A program made the translations under genes and the position numbers. Below the pieces are notes generated by a model. That model made no database searches. It was not told where the DNA came from and was given only the letters and a program-made list of their open reading frames with translations. Positions 31,560-41,383 of a DNA stretch of 64,000 bases are shown in pieces (position 1 is the first letter of the stretch; each line of letters begins with the position of its first letter). This stretch comes from Bacillota bacterium. GTDB taxonomy: Bacteria > Bacillota > Ch66 > Ch109. Location of the stretch: NCBI GenBank assembly GCA_050952625.1, contig JBMNLH010000001.1, positions 384,001 through 448,000 of the forward strand, in the 5' to 3' direction.

Positions 31560-32960
31560 TTGTACGAAAAGGATGGCAACAAGGGAGATGTTCATGAGAA
31601 TTCTCTAGAAAATCTCCTAGTCCACATGCGTGGAGTACGTGCAGCCATTCCAGTGAACCAGCACTTACGGGAAGAACTTCGTCAGCACCTGCTCCAACAG
31701 CAATTAACTGAGGCTGGCGATGACGCAGCGACCGGTCAGGCCCCTCATAAACCAGAGGCAGCACCATCACCGGGCGTAGACTGGAATAAGGCGGTTCCAG
31801 ACGAGCCTTATTCCAAAAGGTCAAGCCGGCGAAAACAGTGGTGGTGGGGGGTTGCTGCTGTTTTACTGTTAATGGTTGGGGGTTGGGTCTGGTGGTCAGT
31901 TATCGCTCCTCTAACTCTGGAAGCCGGCCACTCTCGCGAAATAACTCGTTACTTGGCTGATGGTTCGCCAGTCGATCTTGTAGTGGGGGCCAAAGGACAA
32001 GGAATGTTAGTAGTCAAAAGTGGCGTTATAGAATTACTAGACAATCAGGGACATCAGTTTGGGCAACTTAAATCACCGACTAATCAGTCATGTATTTCCG
32101 CTGCCTGGTCTCATCAAACAAATCAACTGGCGTTGGTGCAGCGAGCGGACGGGGGAATTGATGCGATAATCAAAGTGCCCATCTCAATTAATCGAGAGCA
32201 GCAACGAGTGGACTTGGCGAAGTTACAGGCTGATTTAGGGGAAGCGGAGCTAATCTTTAAAGCTCAGGCCGGACAGCAGTTGAATGACTTGAACTGGTCG
32301 CCGGATGGAAGGGATCTAGTTTTCACCCTGAAACAAAATCAGGGAACAGCGGAGGTCTATGTCTTAAACGACAAAAACGAGGCAGTCAACCTTGGGCCGG
32401 GTAAGAATCCGACCTGGTCTCCAGATGGCAGGCGGCTTGTCGTTGAACGGCCAGGTGAAAAAGCCGATACCTCAGATCTATGGCTGATTCAGCGTGACGG
32501 TAGTAATCCAGTTCGTTTAACTTCCGGGCAAAAACCAGTCTGGGGAAGAAATGGCTATCTAGCCTACATTGAGGTAAAAGATACGGAAAGAGTATTAACC
32601 TACAATTTAGACGGGTCGCCTCTGTTTTCAGTGCAGCAGCGGTTAGGAGAAATCCGCGTCCTTTACCTGGGCAAGGCCGGCACGGCCGCGGCCAAAGCCA
32701 GTCCGGAGGACATTTTAGAAAACAGTCAGTTGCTGATTGCCTCGGATAACCGACCCGGTCCATCTGAGTTAAACTGGCTGCGATATTTGGAGTTAACCGG
32801 GGTTCAGGAGCCCAGAACTTTACGCCTGGATCAGGTTAATCGGTTTCAGCAAATCGAGTTCGGGCCTGAGGGTAAAACCTTACTGATTGCCCGCCAGGAC
32901 GGCGGCATGGTGGTGCTGGAACAGATCGGCTTACGGGAAAAGTTGATAAAGGCGAGGTGA
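31560..32960 (+). CDS. Probable anti-sigma factor with a TolB/PD40-like beta-propeller
   Basis: Short cytoplasmic N-terminus, one TM helix, repeated WSPDG motifs. Confidence 0.75.
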   Translation: MYEKDGNKGDVHENSLENLLVHMRGVRAAIPVNQHLREELRQHLLQQQLTEAGDDAATGQAPHKPEAAPSPGVDWNKAVPDEPYSKRSSRRKQWWWGVAAVLLLMVGGWVWWSVIAPLTLEAGHSREITRYLADGSPVDLVVGAKGQGMLVVKSGVIELLDNQGHQFGQLKSPTNQSCISAAWSHQTNQLALVQRADGGIDAIIKVPISINREQQRVDLAKLQADLGEAELIFKAQAGQQLNDLNWSPDGRDLVFTLKQNQGTAEVYVLNDKNEAVNLGPGKNPTWSPDGRRLVVERPGEKADTSDLWLIQRDGSNPVRLTSGQKPVWGRNGYLAYIEVKDTERVLTYNLDGSPLFSVQQRLGEIRVLYLGKAGTAAAKASPEDILENSQLLIASDNRPGPSELNWLRYLELTGVQEPRTLRLDQVNRFQQIEFGPEGKTLLIARQDGGMVVLEQIGLREKLIKAR

Positions 32961-32988
32961 TTGGCCGGTGATAATAGGAGAGTGGAAA

Positions 32989-35379
32989 ATGGAAAAAGAG
33001 AAACGGTTAAGCCTTTTCTTCCCCCTGGTTCTGGCTCTGCTCATGGTCCTGTCCTGCCCGGGGATAGCGCAAGCAGCAGTCAGCCTTAACGTACGTCCGG
33101 GACTGAATGGTCTGTATAAAACAGAACAACCGGTTCCCCTGACCATAGTGATCGATAACCCAGGGCCTGAGTTTGCGGGCTATATTGAGGTAAGGCCCTA
33201 TAATCCGCGTCAATTAGATAGGGATTTGAACCAGACCGTTTATGTAAGTGGACCGTATTCCTCGTTTGATGGGCGTTACCGGACCGCGGTCAAGGTACCC
33301 GCTCAGAGCCGGCAAGAACTGCGATTAGTTATTCCGGGCGAAGTGGTCGCCTCCCTACCAGTCGTTGAGCTGATTTCCGAGGAGGTGGTCCTGGCTAAAG
33401 CCGGGGTGGAAGGGACCTCCGTGAGCGGAGGGCAGATCGTCCTGGCCTTGAGTGAGGAGATTATGGGCAGTGGTTTGCAGTCCTCTGTTTCGGAGCAAAG
33501 GAATTCGTCGATAAATCTGAAGTATCTGCCGCCGCAGAGTCTGCCGATCGGGCTTGAGGAACTAAACATCCTGGATATAATTATGGTCGACCCGGTCGCC
33601 GTCTTAGGTTTAACTGAGTCCCAGGCTAAAGCCATTAAAGAGTGGGTTTATCTTGGCGGCCGGTTAGTTCTCCTTGGCGGAGCCGGAGCGAATGAAGGAG
33701 CTCCTTTTGCCGACCTAACGCCGGTCCGGCCGACTGGAGAAAAGTTAGTGGACGGATCCCTGAAGGGGCTGCGGACTGGCGGGCCGTTACCGGTCGCATC
33801 CGGAGATCTGATTGCCGGGGAGATTGTTTTAGCCGATAATGGGGTCACGGTCCTGGCTCAGCGTGAATTGGGCCGCGGCCAAGTCGCCTACTGTGGGGCG
33901 GTTCCGGCAAACTTGGGTAAGGGAGCGACCGGGGTTTGGTCCTTCCTAGCCGGATTGTCACCTGGCCTAAGTATCTTAGAGGATGGTTCGGTTCTGCGTT
34001 ATATCCCTCTGGACAAAAGGCCATATCTGCAGAACCAGCAAAATTTGGTCGATGCGAGTTCCTATATCCCTCAGTTGAAGGGTCCGGCAGTGAAATGGCT
34101 GATGGGACTGTGGGTGATTTATTTACTTATCATTGGTCCGTTATTATACCTGATCCTGCGGCGTTTTGACCGGCGGGACTGGGCCTGGGGGCTGATACCG
34201 GCGGGAGCACTTTTAGCGGCTTTCGGTTTCTATATGTTAGCTCCTTTCCACCGTTTGCCCGGCCAATTAATCCAGACGTTGACCACCGTGGAAATCCTCT
34301 CCCCCCAACTGGCAGAGGTTAAAGCCGGGGCCACAGTCGTGGCTTCGAAAAAGGGAGACCTGGCAGTCCAGGGAGTAGAGGGGATGATGGTTATTCCAAG
34401 CCAAAATATGTATGGACCAGTGAATAACCAATCCACCCTGATTAATCAGCAGGATAATTGCTACCAGGTAGATTTCCACGAGGTGCCCTTTTCGGCCGCG
34501 CGGCAAGTGGCAGTCGCCGGCATTCAACGGAACCGGGGGAGTATTGAAGGAAAAATGTACCTGGAAGGGAGTAAGATAAAAGGCGATCTGATTAATCGAA
34601 CCGGGTTTGACCTGCAGGATGTTCGGCTAGTATGGGGAGGCAAGGTTATTGAAGCGGCTGAGTGGCCGGTTGATGGTAGCCTGACTATTGAGGAAACAGT
34701 TGCGACTTTGAAAACCGGTGCTTATTCAGATTGGTTTGGTCCATGGCGTCCGGATGATCCCTATTATCGCGAACGTCGGATGTTGAACAATCCGTTGAGT
34801 GGTCCAGTAGTGGTGGAGACGAAAGCAGTTTCTGCTATTGAATCGGTCTGGAGAACCGGGCTGCCGGAAACGGTACAGTTTATCGGCTGGCATAAGGGTT
34901 CGCCCGGATTGCTGACAGTGCAAGGACCGGAAAGGGTTACTCAGGAGTACGGACTGGTGCTGCTCACCCAAGACCTACCCTTGGAAATGGTCCCCGGTGA
35001 GATTAGTTTACCGGCTGGCAGCATCACGCCTTTGTTTGGCAAGGGAATTGAATTAAGGCCAGAAGGAATTATCGTTTACGAAAACAGCGGGAATTTAACT
35101 TATGACTTAAATAATCTAGAAAAGAAGTATGATTTTAAAATAACGGGACTGAGTTTTCCCGCTTGGGTAAGTGCTGAACAGTATAGCATTGAATTGCTTA
35201 ACCAACAAACCGGCAATTGGGAGCCTCTGCCGGAAAATGGTCGAAAGTTTGAAGCTGAGGAAGTTAATCAGTATCTAACCAAAGATAGGCAATTGGAGAT
35301 TCGGATAAATAAAAGAGGCAATTACAGAGATATGCTGCCCGGATGGATCGGCCCGGCAGTGGAAGGGGTGGTGTCCTGA
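32989..35379 (+). CDS. Large exported/membrane protein (glutamine-amidotransferase-like domain, 2 central TM helices)
   Basis: Signal peptide; AIKEWVYLGGRLVLLGG; YLLIIGPLLYLIL...WGLIP. Confidence 0.7.
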   Translation: MEKEKRLSLFFPLVLALLMVLSCPGIAQAAVSLNVRPGLNGLYKTEQPVPLTIVIDNPGPEFAGYIEVRPYNPRQLDRDLNQTVYVSGPYSSFDGRYRTAVKVPAQSRQELRLVIPGEVVASLPVVELISEEVVLAKAGVEGTSVSGGQIVLALSEEIMGSGLQSSVSEQRNSSINLKYLPPQSLPIGLEELNILDIIMVDPVAVLGLTESQAKAIKEWVYLGGRLVLLGGAGANEGAPFADLTPVRPTGEKLVDGSLKGLRTGGPLPVASGDLIAGEIVLADNGVTVLAQRELGRGQVAYCGAVPANLGKGATGVWSFLAGLSPGLSILEDGSVLRYIPLDKRPYLQNQQNLVDASSYIPQLKGPAVKWLMGLWVIYLLIIGPLLYLILRRFDRRDWAWGLIPAGALLAAFGFYMLAPFHRLPGQLIQTLTTVEILSPQLAEVKAGATVVASKKGDLAVQGVEGMMVIPSQNMYGPVNNQSTLINQQDNCYQVDFHEVPFSAARQVAVAGIQRNRGSIEGKMYLEGSKIKGDLINRTGFDLQDVRLVWGGKVIEAAEWPVDGSLTIEETVATLKTGAYSDWFGPWRPDDPYYRERRMLNNPLSGPVVVETKAVSAIESVWRTGLPETVQFIGWHKGSPGLLTVQGPERVTQEYGLVLLTQDLPLEMVPGEISLPAGSITPLFGKGIELRPEGIIVYENSGNLTYDLNNLEKKYDFKITGLSFPAWVSAEQYSIELLNQQTGNWEPLPENGRKFEAEEVNQYLTKDRQLEIRINKRGNYRDMLPGWIGPAVEGVVS

Positions 35380-36320
35380 TGATTAAATTAAAGGGGGTAA
35401 CCAAACAATTCGGGACTACCCGGGCTCTGGATAATTTTAGCCTGGAAGTAAAGGAAGGCTTGGTTTACGGTCTGATTGGGCCGAATGGGGCCGGGAAAAC
35501 CACGGCCATGAGCATCCTGGCCACCTTATTGCTGCCAGATGCAGGCACTGCTCTAGTTAACGGCCGGGATGTAGTGCAAGACCCTCAGGAGGTGCGGGGG
35601 CTAATAGGATATATGCCGGACTTTTTTGGGGTTTATGATGGACTGCGGTCAGCCGAATACTTGGAGTTTTTTGCCGCAGCCTACGGGGTGCCGGCAGCGA
35701 AACGACCCCAACTCATCAAGAGTTTGCTGGAATTAGTTAACCTGCCAGATAAGGGCGAAGTTTATGTGGATACCTTGTCCCGCGGAATGAAGCAGCGTCT
35801 GTCTTTGGCTCGCTGCCTGGTTCACGATCCTCGGGTGTTGATCCTGGATGAGCCCGCCTCCGGTTTGGATCCCCGGGCGCGGGCGGAACTGAAGGAAATA
35901 ATCCGCCAGCTAAAACACTTAGATAAGACGGTGCTCATTAGCTCCCACATTTTACCGGAACTGGCGGAAATGTGTGACGAGGTCGCCATTATCGAACACG
36001 GTCGATTAGTCACCTGCGGCCCAGTTGACCAGATTACCAGGAGTGCCAAAGGGGCCAGACAATTGAGGGTAGGCGTAGCGGAACCAGTGCCAGATCTAGC
36101 CGGGTTTTTAAATCAGCAGCCAGGGGTTAGCAGCCCTTGGGTAGAAGGACTGACGGCACAGTTCTTTTATCAAGGAGACCAGAGCCAGCAAGCCCAGTTG
36201 CTGCAAACTTTAGTGGCCAGCGGGTGGCCGGTGATCGAATTCGGTGAAGTACGACGCAATTTAGAAGAGGTCTTCATGGCCATTACCGGGGAGGAGGGGC
36301 TGCCGAATGGCGGAAATTAA
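35379..36320 (+). CDS. ABC transporter ATP-binding protein
   Basis: GPNGAGKT, LSRGMKQR, LDEP and SSH motifs. Confidence 0.96.
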   Translation: MIKLKGVTKQFGTTRALDNFSLEVKEGLVYGLIGPNGAGKTTAMSILATLLLPDAGTALVNGRDVVQDPQEVRGLIGYMPDFFGVYDGLRSAEYLEFFAAAYGVPAAKRPQLIKSLLELVNLPDKGEVYVDTLSRGMKQRLSLARCLVHDPRVLILDEPASGLDPRARAELKEIIRQLKHLDKTVLISSHILPELAEMCDEVAIIEHGRLVTCGPVDQITRSAKGARQLRVGVAEPVPDLAGFLNQQPGVSSPWVEGLTAQFFYQGDQSQQAQLLQTLVASGWPVIEFGEVRRNLEEVFMAITGEEGLPNGGN

Positions 36321-37197
36321 CCCTGTTTTACTAAAGGAACTACGCCAGCGTTTCCGGCGGGGCAAGACTGCCTGGCTTCTGGCCCTGTACCTTTTCACCA
36401 TCGGTGGATTTGTCTTGGCTTTCATCTATTTGAATTGGCAAAACGGGCCGGGCTACTATCAACCTAATCGCAGCCTGGAGATATTTATTACTCTGAGTGT
36501 GGTTCAATTATTTTTGCTGGCTTTTGTCGCCCCCGGTTTAACCGCCAGCGTAATCAGCGGGGAGCGGGAGCGGCAAACCCTAAATGTTCTGCTGACCACT
36601 CGGTTAAGTACCTGGTCGATTGTCTGGAGCAAACTGGTGTCTTCGACCGCATTTGTTGTTGTCTTAATTATTGCTACCCTGCCGTTATACAGCATTGTGT
36701 TTCTCTATGGAGGGATCGCTCCCGGTCAGGTCCCCGGGGTATTCGGGTTTTACCTGCTGACCATGTTTCTTTTTGCCTCATTGGGTATAGTTTGTTCTGC
36801 ATTTTTCAAACGCACCGGGGTCAGTACCCTGACTACTTACGGTTTGGTTTTTGCTCTCACTGGCGGCACTGGCTTCCTGGCCGCCTTCCTTACGGAAGTT
36901 GGCAGAATAAACCGGCCGGAAACCCTGGTTAACCCAGGTTTCCTTAACTGGATAGTTGAGTTTTTGCAGCAAACCAATCCAGTTTTTGTATTATTGAAAA
37001 TCCTGGCGGCCGAGGATGGTATCCAGACCGGGGTCAGTTTTGGCCTCCCCTACTGGGCCAACTACACCATCTTCTGCCTGGGACTAGGTCTGCTGCTGTT
37101 GTTTTGGAGCAGCCGATTGCTATTGCCCCGGCCACAGGGACGGTTCTCCCGGCCGGCAGACAAGCACAACCACAGGGGCGGTTCTCCTAATTGCTAG
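36307..37197 (+). CDS. ABC-2 type permease
   Basis: NPVLLKELR and ISGERERQTLNVLLTT motifs; multiple TM helices. Confidence 0.92.
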   Translation: MAEINPVLLKELRQRFRRGKTAWLLALYLFTIGGFVLAFIYLNWQNGPGYYQPNRSLEIFITLSVVQLFLLAFVAPGLTASVISGERERQTLNVLLTTRLSTWSIVWSKLVSSTAFVVVLIIATLPLYSIVFLYGGIAPGQVPGVFGFYLLTMFLFASLGIVCSAFFKRTGVSTLTTYGLVFALTGGTGFLAAFLTEVGRINRPETLVNPGFLNWIVEFLQQTNPVFVLLKILAAEDGIQTGVSFGLPYWANYTIFCLGLGLLLLFWSSRLLLPRPQGRFSRPADKHNHRGGSPNC

Positions 37198-37405
37198 ACA
37201 AGCGCAGCCATGGGGACCGGTTCTTCCATCGGATGGCAGACAAGCGAAAACAAGAAACGGTCAAGGGGGTCTCCTGGATAGAAGATAAGTAAGACACGTC
37301 ACTGTGGATGAATACGAGTCCCGGGCCAGGAAGCGGTCTCCTGGATAGAAAGATAACTAAGACAAGGAGACAGTTCTCCAAAGGGTCAGGCGGAGAACTA
37401 TCTGC
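37131..37405 (+). repeat. Cluster of degenerate GGGACGGTTCT REP-like repeats
   Basis: CACAGGGACGGTTCTCC, CACAGGGGCGGTTCTCC, GGGGACCGGTTCTTCC and two copies of GGTCTCCTGGATAGAA. Confidence 0.65.
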
Positions 37406-37682
37406 ATCTTCTCAAATAATCTAAACATAAGACCCCCACTTTCATTAGGTGGGGGTTACCTATTTAACTTTTAACTATGATAATAAACTAAACACCGCGC
37501 GTTCTTGATGTTCTAGTCGTGTTGCCTAGTGGCATGAGGGTCCACGCTGCTCTGACTGTAATAAATGCTTATTCTAATTCGGTTAGTTGCTTTTTCAGGC
37601 CTTTTATATGCCGCAACCTGATAAAGTATGTTACAATAACTACAAATGTAAATTATGGAAAGCTAAGAAAGGGGGAAGATTT

Positions 37683-38804
37683 GTGTATACGCCGAAGTTT
37701 TTTGTGGGAAATATTCCGAAAAAGGTGCGTTTGGGTGATATCACGGTCCGGGATGGGTTTCAGCACGAGGAGTTTTATGTCCATCCGGACGCAAAAGTCT
37801 GGTGTATTGAACAAGCCATTAAGTGTGGTTTCAAAGACATTGAAACAACTAATTTTGGAAACCCCCGAATCATTCCTCAGTTTGCTGACTGCTGGGAAAT
37901 TACCGAGCGAGCCAACCGGCTTCGCGAAAAATATGGTGCTGATGTAGAATACACGGCCATTACGATTGCCAAGGATCGCGTTTACCCGGTTATTGAAGCG
38001 AAAAAGGCCGGCAAGCCAGTGCCGGATCGCCTCTTGATCATGGTGTCTACAAGCGAGGCCCACCAAAAAACAAACAGTGGCTTAACCCACCGGGAGTATC
38101 TAGGCAACAGTGAAATAGTCACCCGGGATTTACGGGAAGCCGGGTTTAAGGTATGTGGCGCGGTCAGTACAATCTGGGGCTGCCCGGTCACCCAGTCTGC
38201 GACTGATCTGGACTGGGCCGTGGATTTAACGGAAATCTTTCTGCGGATGGGTGTATCGGACCTAGAACACGCTGATCATGATGGGCAGGCTAACCCGGTG
38301 GCGGTTTACGACTACTTTGCCCGGATCATGGACCGATTCCCCAATCCTGACCTGCATGTCGCTCATTTTCACGTCACTCGAGGTTGGGGTCTGACCAACG
38401 TCTACGCCGCGATGCAGGCGGGTATTACGCGAATTGAAGCCACCTTTGGCGGCATTGGCGGCCAGCCGGCCAATTTTGTCGACGGTCGGCCGGTCAAGGG
38501 TACGGGTAAATACTACTACACCAACCCGGATGCTGTTGGGCTGGTAACTATGGAAGACCTGCTAGTGATGTTAAACGGCATGGGGGTAGAGCACGGAATT
38601 GACATGGATCTGGCGTTTGAATACGGCCACATGGTGGAAAAAATTTGCAAACGGACTTTGCGGTCTTCCGCCCTCCATTTTGGCGATCTGCCGAAGTATG
38701 GGGAAATCAAGACAACTCGAGATTACTCTGTAGAAGAATGGAGAGCCAAGTATCCGCAACCGGTGTATCCGGTCCCTGGGGTACCGGAGGAGATATGGCG
38801 GTAA
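37683..38804 (+). CDS. HMG-CoA lyase-like DRE-TIM metallolyase
   Basis: DITVRDGFQHE, HFHVTRG and GGIGG motifs; GTG start after a GGGGG RBS. Confidence 0.88.
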   Translation: MYTPKFFVGNIPKKVRLGDITVRDGFQHEEFYVHPDAKVWCIEQAIKCGFKDIETTNFGNPRIIPQFADCWEITERANRLREKYGADVEYTAITIAKDRVYPVIEAKKAGKPVPDRLLIMVSTSEAHQKTNSGLTHREYLGNSEIVTRDLREAGFKVCGAVSTIWGCPVTQSATDLDWAVDLTEIFLRMGVSDLEHADHDGQANPVAVYDYFARIMDRFPNPDLHVAHFHVTRGWGLTNVYAAMQAGITRIEATFGGIGGQPANFVDGRPVKGTGKYYYTNPDAVGLVTMEDLLVMLNGMGVEHGIDMDLAFEYGHMVEKICKRTLRSSALHFGDLPKYGEIKTTRDYSVEEWRAKYPQPVYPVPGVPEEIWR

Positions 38805-38836
38805 GGCGGGCAGGAAACAATAGGTTTATGGGTGAG

Positions 38837-38936
38837 TGAACTCGTCCAGCTTCGCTGAACATCAGGGCTTCAGGTGTAAACCCTACTCTGCCTGAAGTTT
38901 GAACAAGTTAACCCCCATTCATAGAAGCAGGGGGCT
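38837..38936 (+). repeat. About 100-bp MITE-like repeat, copy 2
   Basis: TGAACTCGTCCAGCTTCGCTGAAC...CCTGAAGTTTGAACAAGTTAACCCCC...GGGGG. Confidence 0.75.
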
Positions 38937-39153
38937 TTTCAGCTTAGATAAACTTATAGGCGAATACAGCAGCCTTGTTTTTGGAATTATAGAGAGCCAG
39001 GAGAGGCTCTCTTTTTTATCGTTTGTGGTATTTTTAACATTAGTTTGTGCCCTGCGGGAATGGGCGGTTAACAAGAAAATAAGACCTTACTTCGACTGTC
39101 GTTGCTATGAATATAACCATTTATTCGTTTATCGTGGTGCAGGTAACGCGTGA

Positions 39154-39272
39154 TTATTCTGAGCGAAGCGAAGAATCCTTCTCGCTGAGAAGCAAGATCC
39201 TTTGCTCACGTTCAGGATGACATATGTCCGCTATTTTCATAGGTGGTTGTGTCCTTGGACCATGGGCGGTTA
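39154..39272 (-). repeat. REP-like palindromic doublet, copy 2
   Basis: TTATTCTGAGCGAAGCGAAGAATC...GATCCTTTGCTCACGTTCAGGATGACA plus the flank shared with 29202-29277. Confidence 0.75.
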
Positions 39273-39279
39273 GGCGGTC

Positions 39280-39712
39280 AGTAAGGCAGGACCACCGGAA
39301 TACCTAAGTGCTGCCCGATGTCCGAATAGTGTTGGCCGCGCAGGTCCCGCCCATTGCTGTCAAAGGCAATCGGCGGAACAATGATTAAATCACCTTGCCG
39401 ACCGGCCAGACCCTGAATGAAATCTTCCACCATGAGCAATCCCGCACAACGGATATTCCCGCCAAAGAAACGATTCTAAATCTCCATTACCTGTGTTTTC
39501 TCAACCCTTATTTGAACGGTAAAGGCAGCGGCCATAACCGGATAAGCTAGGGTAGAAGTAGCGATAATAGGCTTTTGAGCCTGATGATGTTTAATGAGGT
39601 CAAGTATCTCTTGAATAACTAAGGGATGAAGATCATACTGCTGTAAAGCAGGGTTTGGGTGTAAAATGGAGAAAATAATGGAAAAGATGCATTGAGTAAA
39701 ATAATAGGCCAA
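39280..39712 (-). pseudogene. C-terminal fragment of a DUF512-like protein
   Basis: After an in-frame stop: NRFFGGNIRCAGLLMVEDF...DLIIVPPIAFDSNGRDLRG. Confidence 0.6.
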
Positions 39713-40062
39713 TTAGTACCTGGTGGCAAAAAGAGGTTGGGAAAGCCTATGATGATTTTTCAAGTCGGATCTTAAGTAGCCTGTATCCTTTCCAAAGTGC
39801 AGATTTAGAAAAACAGTTTTACGAGATGTTTGACGGGGCCGAGGTTTTACCCCTGGATTTGCTGGAGGATTATCGGATAGCTATGGAGGATGAGCCCTTA
39901 GAAGCGGCGGAATTAATGGTTCCGGTTACCCGGGGACAGTTCTGGCAGCTTAAAAAGGATATGATCCCGCAGAAGGAACCGGGATTGTATGTTGTACGAA
40001 GGCCGTACAGTAAAGAATATGGACTTGTTTTGAAGCGGGAGATTCTTAATGAGGGTGTTTGA
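39712..40062 (+). pseudogene. Probable Cas3 C-terminal fragment
   Basis: Frame is open upstream of the listed ATG: WQKEVGKAYDDF...FQSADLEKQFYEMFDGAEVLP...EPLEAAELMVP...PYSKEYGL. Resemblance to type I Cas3 C-termini is from memory only. Confidence 0.5.
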
Positions 40063-40161
40063 CGTTACACTTCTTTTTCGAACAGGGAAGTCAATAGGTT
40101 TCCCTTAGATGAATTTAGGGGCAACGTGATAATGACTTTTTAGATTAGAGGGATAATATCA

Positions 40162-40572
40162 GTGTATCTGAGTGAAAATGATATCAATTTAATCAAACAG
40201 TTCATGTTGGAAAAACTATCTCCCTTTCTTATTATTATCTTTGGCACTGCCGGTCGTGACGAGATGCGCCCGGACAGTGATATTGACATCGCTTATTTAA
40301 GTGACCAACATTTTGCTCCTTATGAGCTTTTTCTGCTCAGTCAGGAGTTAGCCAGGAAACTAAACCGAGAGGTCGATCTGATTGATCTGGCGACTGTCTC
40401 CACAGTCTTCCAAGCTCAAATTGTTGGGACAGGTAGAGTTATTTACTGTCGGAATGAGTACCAGCGCATGATCTTTAACCTGACGGTACTAAAAAAATAT
40501 GCCAGATTAAATGAGGAACGCCGGCCTATTATCGAGAAGATAAAAGAAAGAGGAAGCGTCTATGCAAAATGA
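40162..40572 (+). CDS. mntA: MNT nucleotidyltransferase antitoxin (MntA-like)
   Basis: IFGT...DSDIDIA...EVDLIDL motif. Confidence 0.88.
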   Translation: MYLSENDINLIKQFMLEKLSPFLIIIFGTAGRDEMRPDSDIDIAYLSDQHFAPYELFLLSQELARKLNREVDLIDLATVSTVFQAQIVGTGRVIYCRNEYQRMIFNLTVLKKYARLNEERRPIIEKIKERGSVYAK

Positions 40573-40966
40573 TGTAATCTTGAACAAGATTCAGGTTATT
40601 GAGCGTTGCATCAAGCGGATCAGGGAAGAGTATGCGGGTGACCCGCGCAATCTAGCTAATCTAACCAAGCAGGATTCCATGGTGCTTAACATTCAACGGG
40701 CTTGTGAAGCCTGTATTGACCTGGCTATGCACCTTGTGTCTGAAAAAGGGTTGGGGATCCCTCAGAGCAGCCGTGAAGTTTTCGACATCCTCCAAAAAAA
40801 TGGACTTATCGATGAAGCACTTGCTGTTATTCTTATGGCTATGGTTGGTTTTCGAAATATCGCAGTTCATGATTATCAAAAGCTTAACCTGAAGATTGTG
40901 CAAAGTATTATCGAAAGACACCTGGATGACCTAATAAGATTCACTGAGAGAATCCTAAAAATATAA
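40562..40966 (+). CDS. hepT: HEPN (DUF86) RNase toxin (HepT-like)
   Basis: GFRNIAVHDY RX4HXY motif; overlaps mntA. Confidence 0.9.
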   Translation: MQNDVILNKIQVIERCIKRIREEYAGDPRNLANLTKQDSMVLNIQRACEACIDLAMHLVSEKGLGIPQSSREVFDILQKNGLIDEALAVILMAMVGFRNIAVHDYQKLNLKIVQSIIERHLDDLIRFTERILKI

Positions 40967-41026
40967 AGATCCAATAATCAAAAGTAAATAAACCTCAGAA
41001 AACATTCCCTACTCCCGAAACAGTCG

Positions 41027-41055
41027 GAAGCAAGAGGTCCATCCCTCTTGCTTCC
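41027..41055. repeat. REP-like hairpin
   Basis: GAAGCAAGAGG-TCCATC-CCTCTTGCTTCC; near-copy at 62111-62139. Confidence 0.65.
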
Positions 41056-41080
41056 GTTTCACGTTAACAGCTTAATTAAA

Positions 41081-41206
41081 CTACCGGCAGGAACCAAAGC
41101 CCCCAAAGCCCCCAAAGCAACATTGAATTACTAGCAGTATGGCTACACAATAAGTGAGGTTACAGAAGTTAAAGCCTCCAAATCCGAATCCAGATACCTC
41201 TGACAT
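41081..41206 (-). CDS. 41-aa Gly/Phe/Cys-rich peptide (reminiscent of YjcZ/SscA small sporulation proteins)
   Basis: GAAGGAGG RBS; MSEVSGFGFGGFNFCNLTYCVAILLVIQCCFGGFGGFGSCR. Confidence 0.7.
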   Translation of the reverse strand: MSEVSGFGFGGFNFCNLTYCVAILLVIQCCFGGFGGFGSCR

Positions 41207-41383
41207 TGTAAATTCCTCCTTCAATTATTAATTTAACTGCCTATCTGTCAACAGTATATTCTTTAACAAACCTTATGGTTACACTGAACTTGGCTTGCGA
41301 TATGCGAATAGCCAGTACTGATACAAAGATGACAATGTCTTTTATTAAGATTGGTATTCACCCTGGTATGGGTACTTCATATT

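Noticed and set aside
37476-37580. Possible 6S-like ncRNA or riboswitch upstream of the lyase gene
   Set aside because: A -10-like TATGATAAT is present, but I could not establish the expected structure or length by eye; it needs an Rfam search.
41085-41130. CCAAAGCCC repeats ending in ATTGAA as a CRISPR repeat
   Set aside because: Explained by GGF codons of the minus-strand 41-aa ORF; no spacers.
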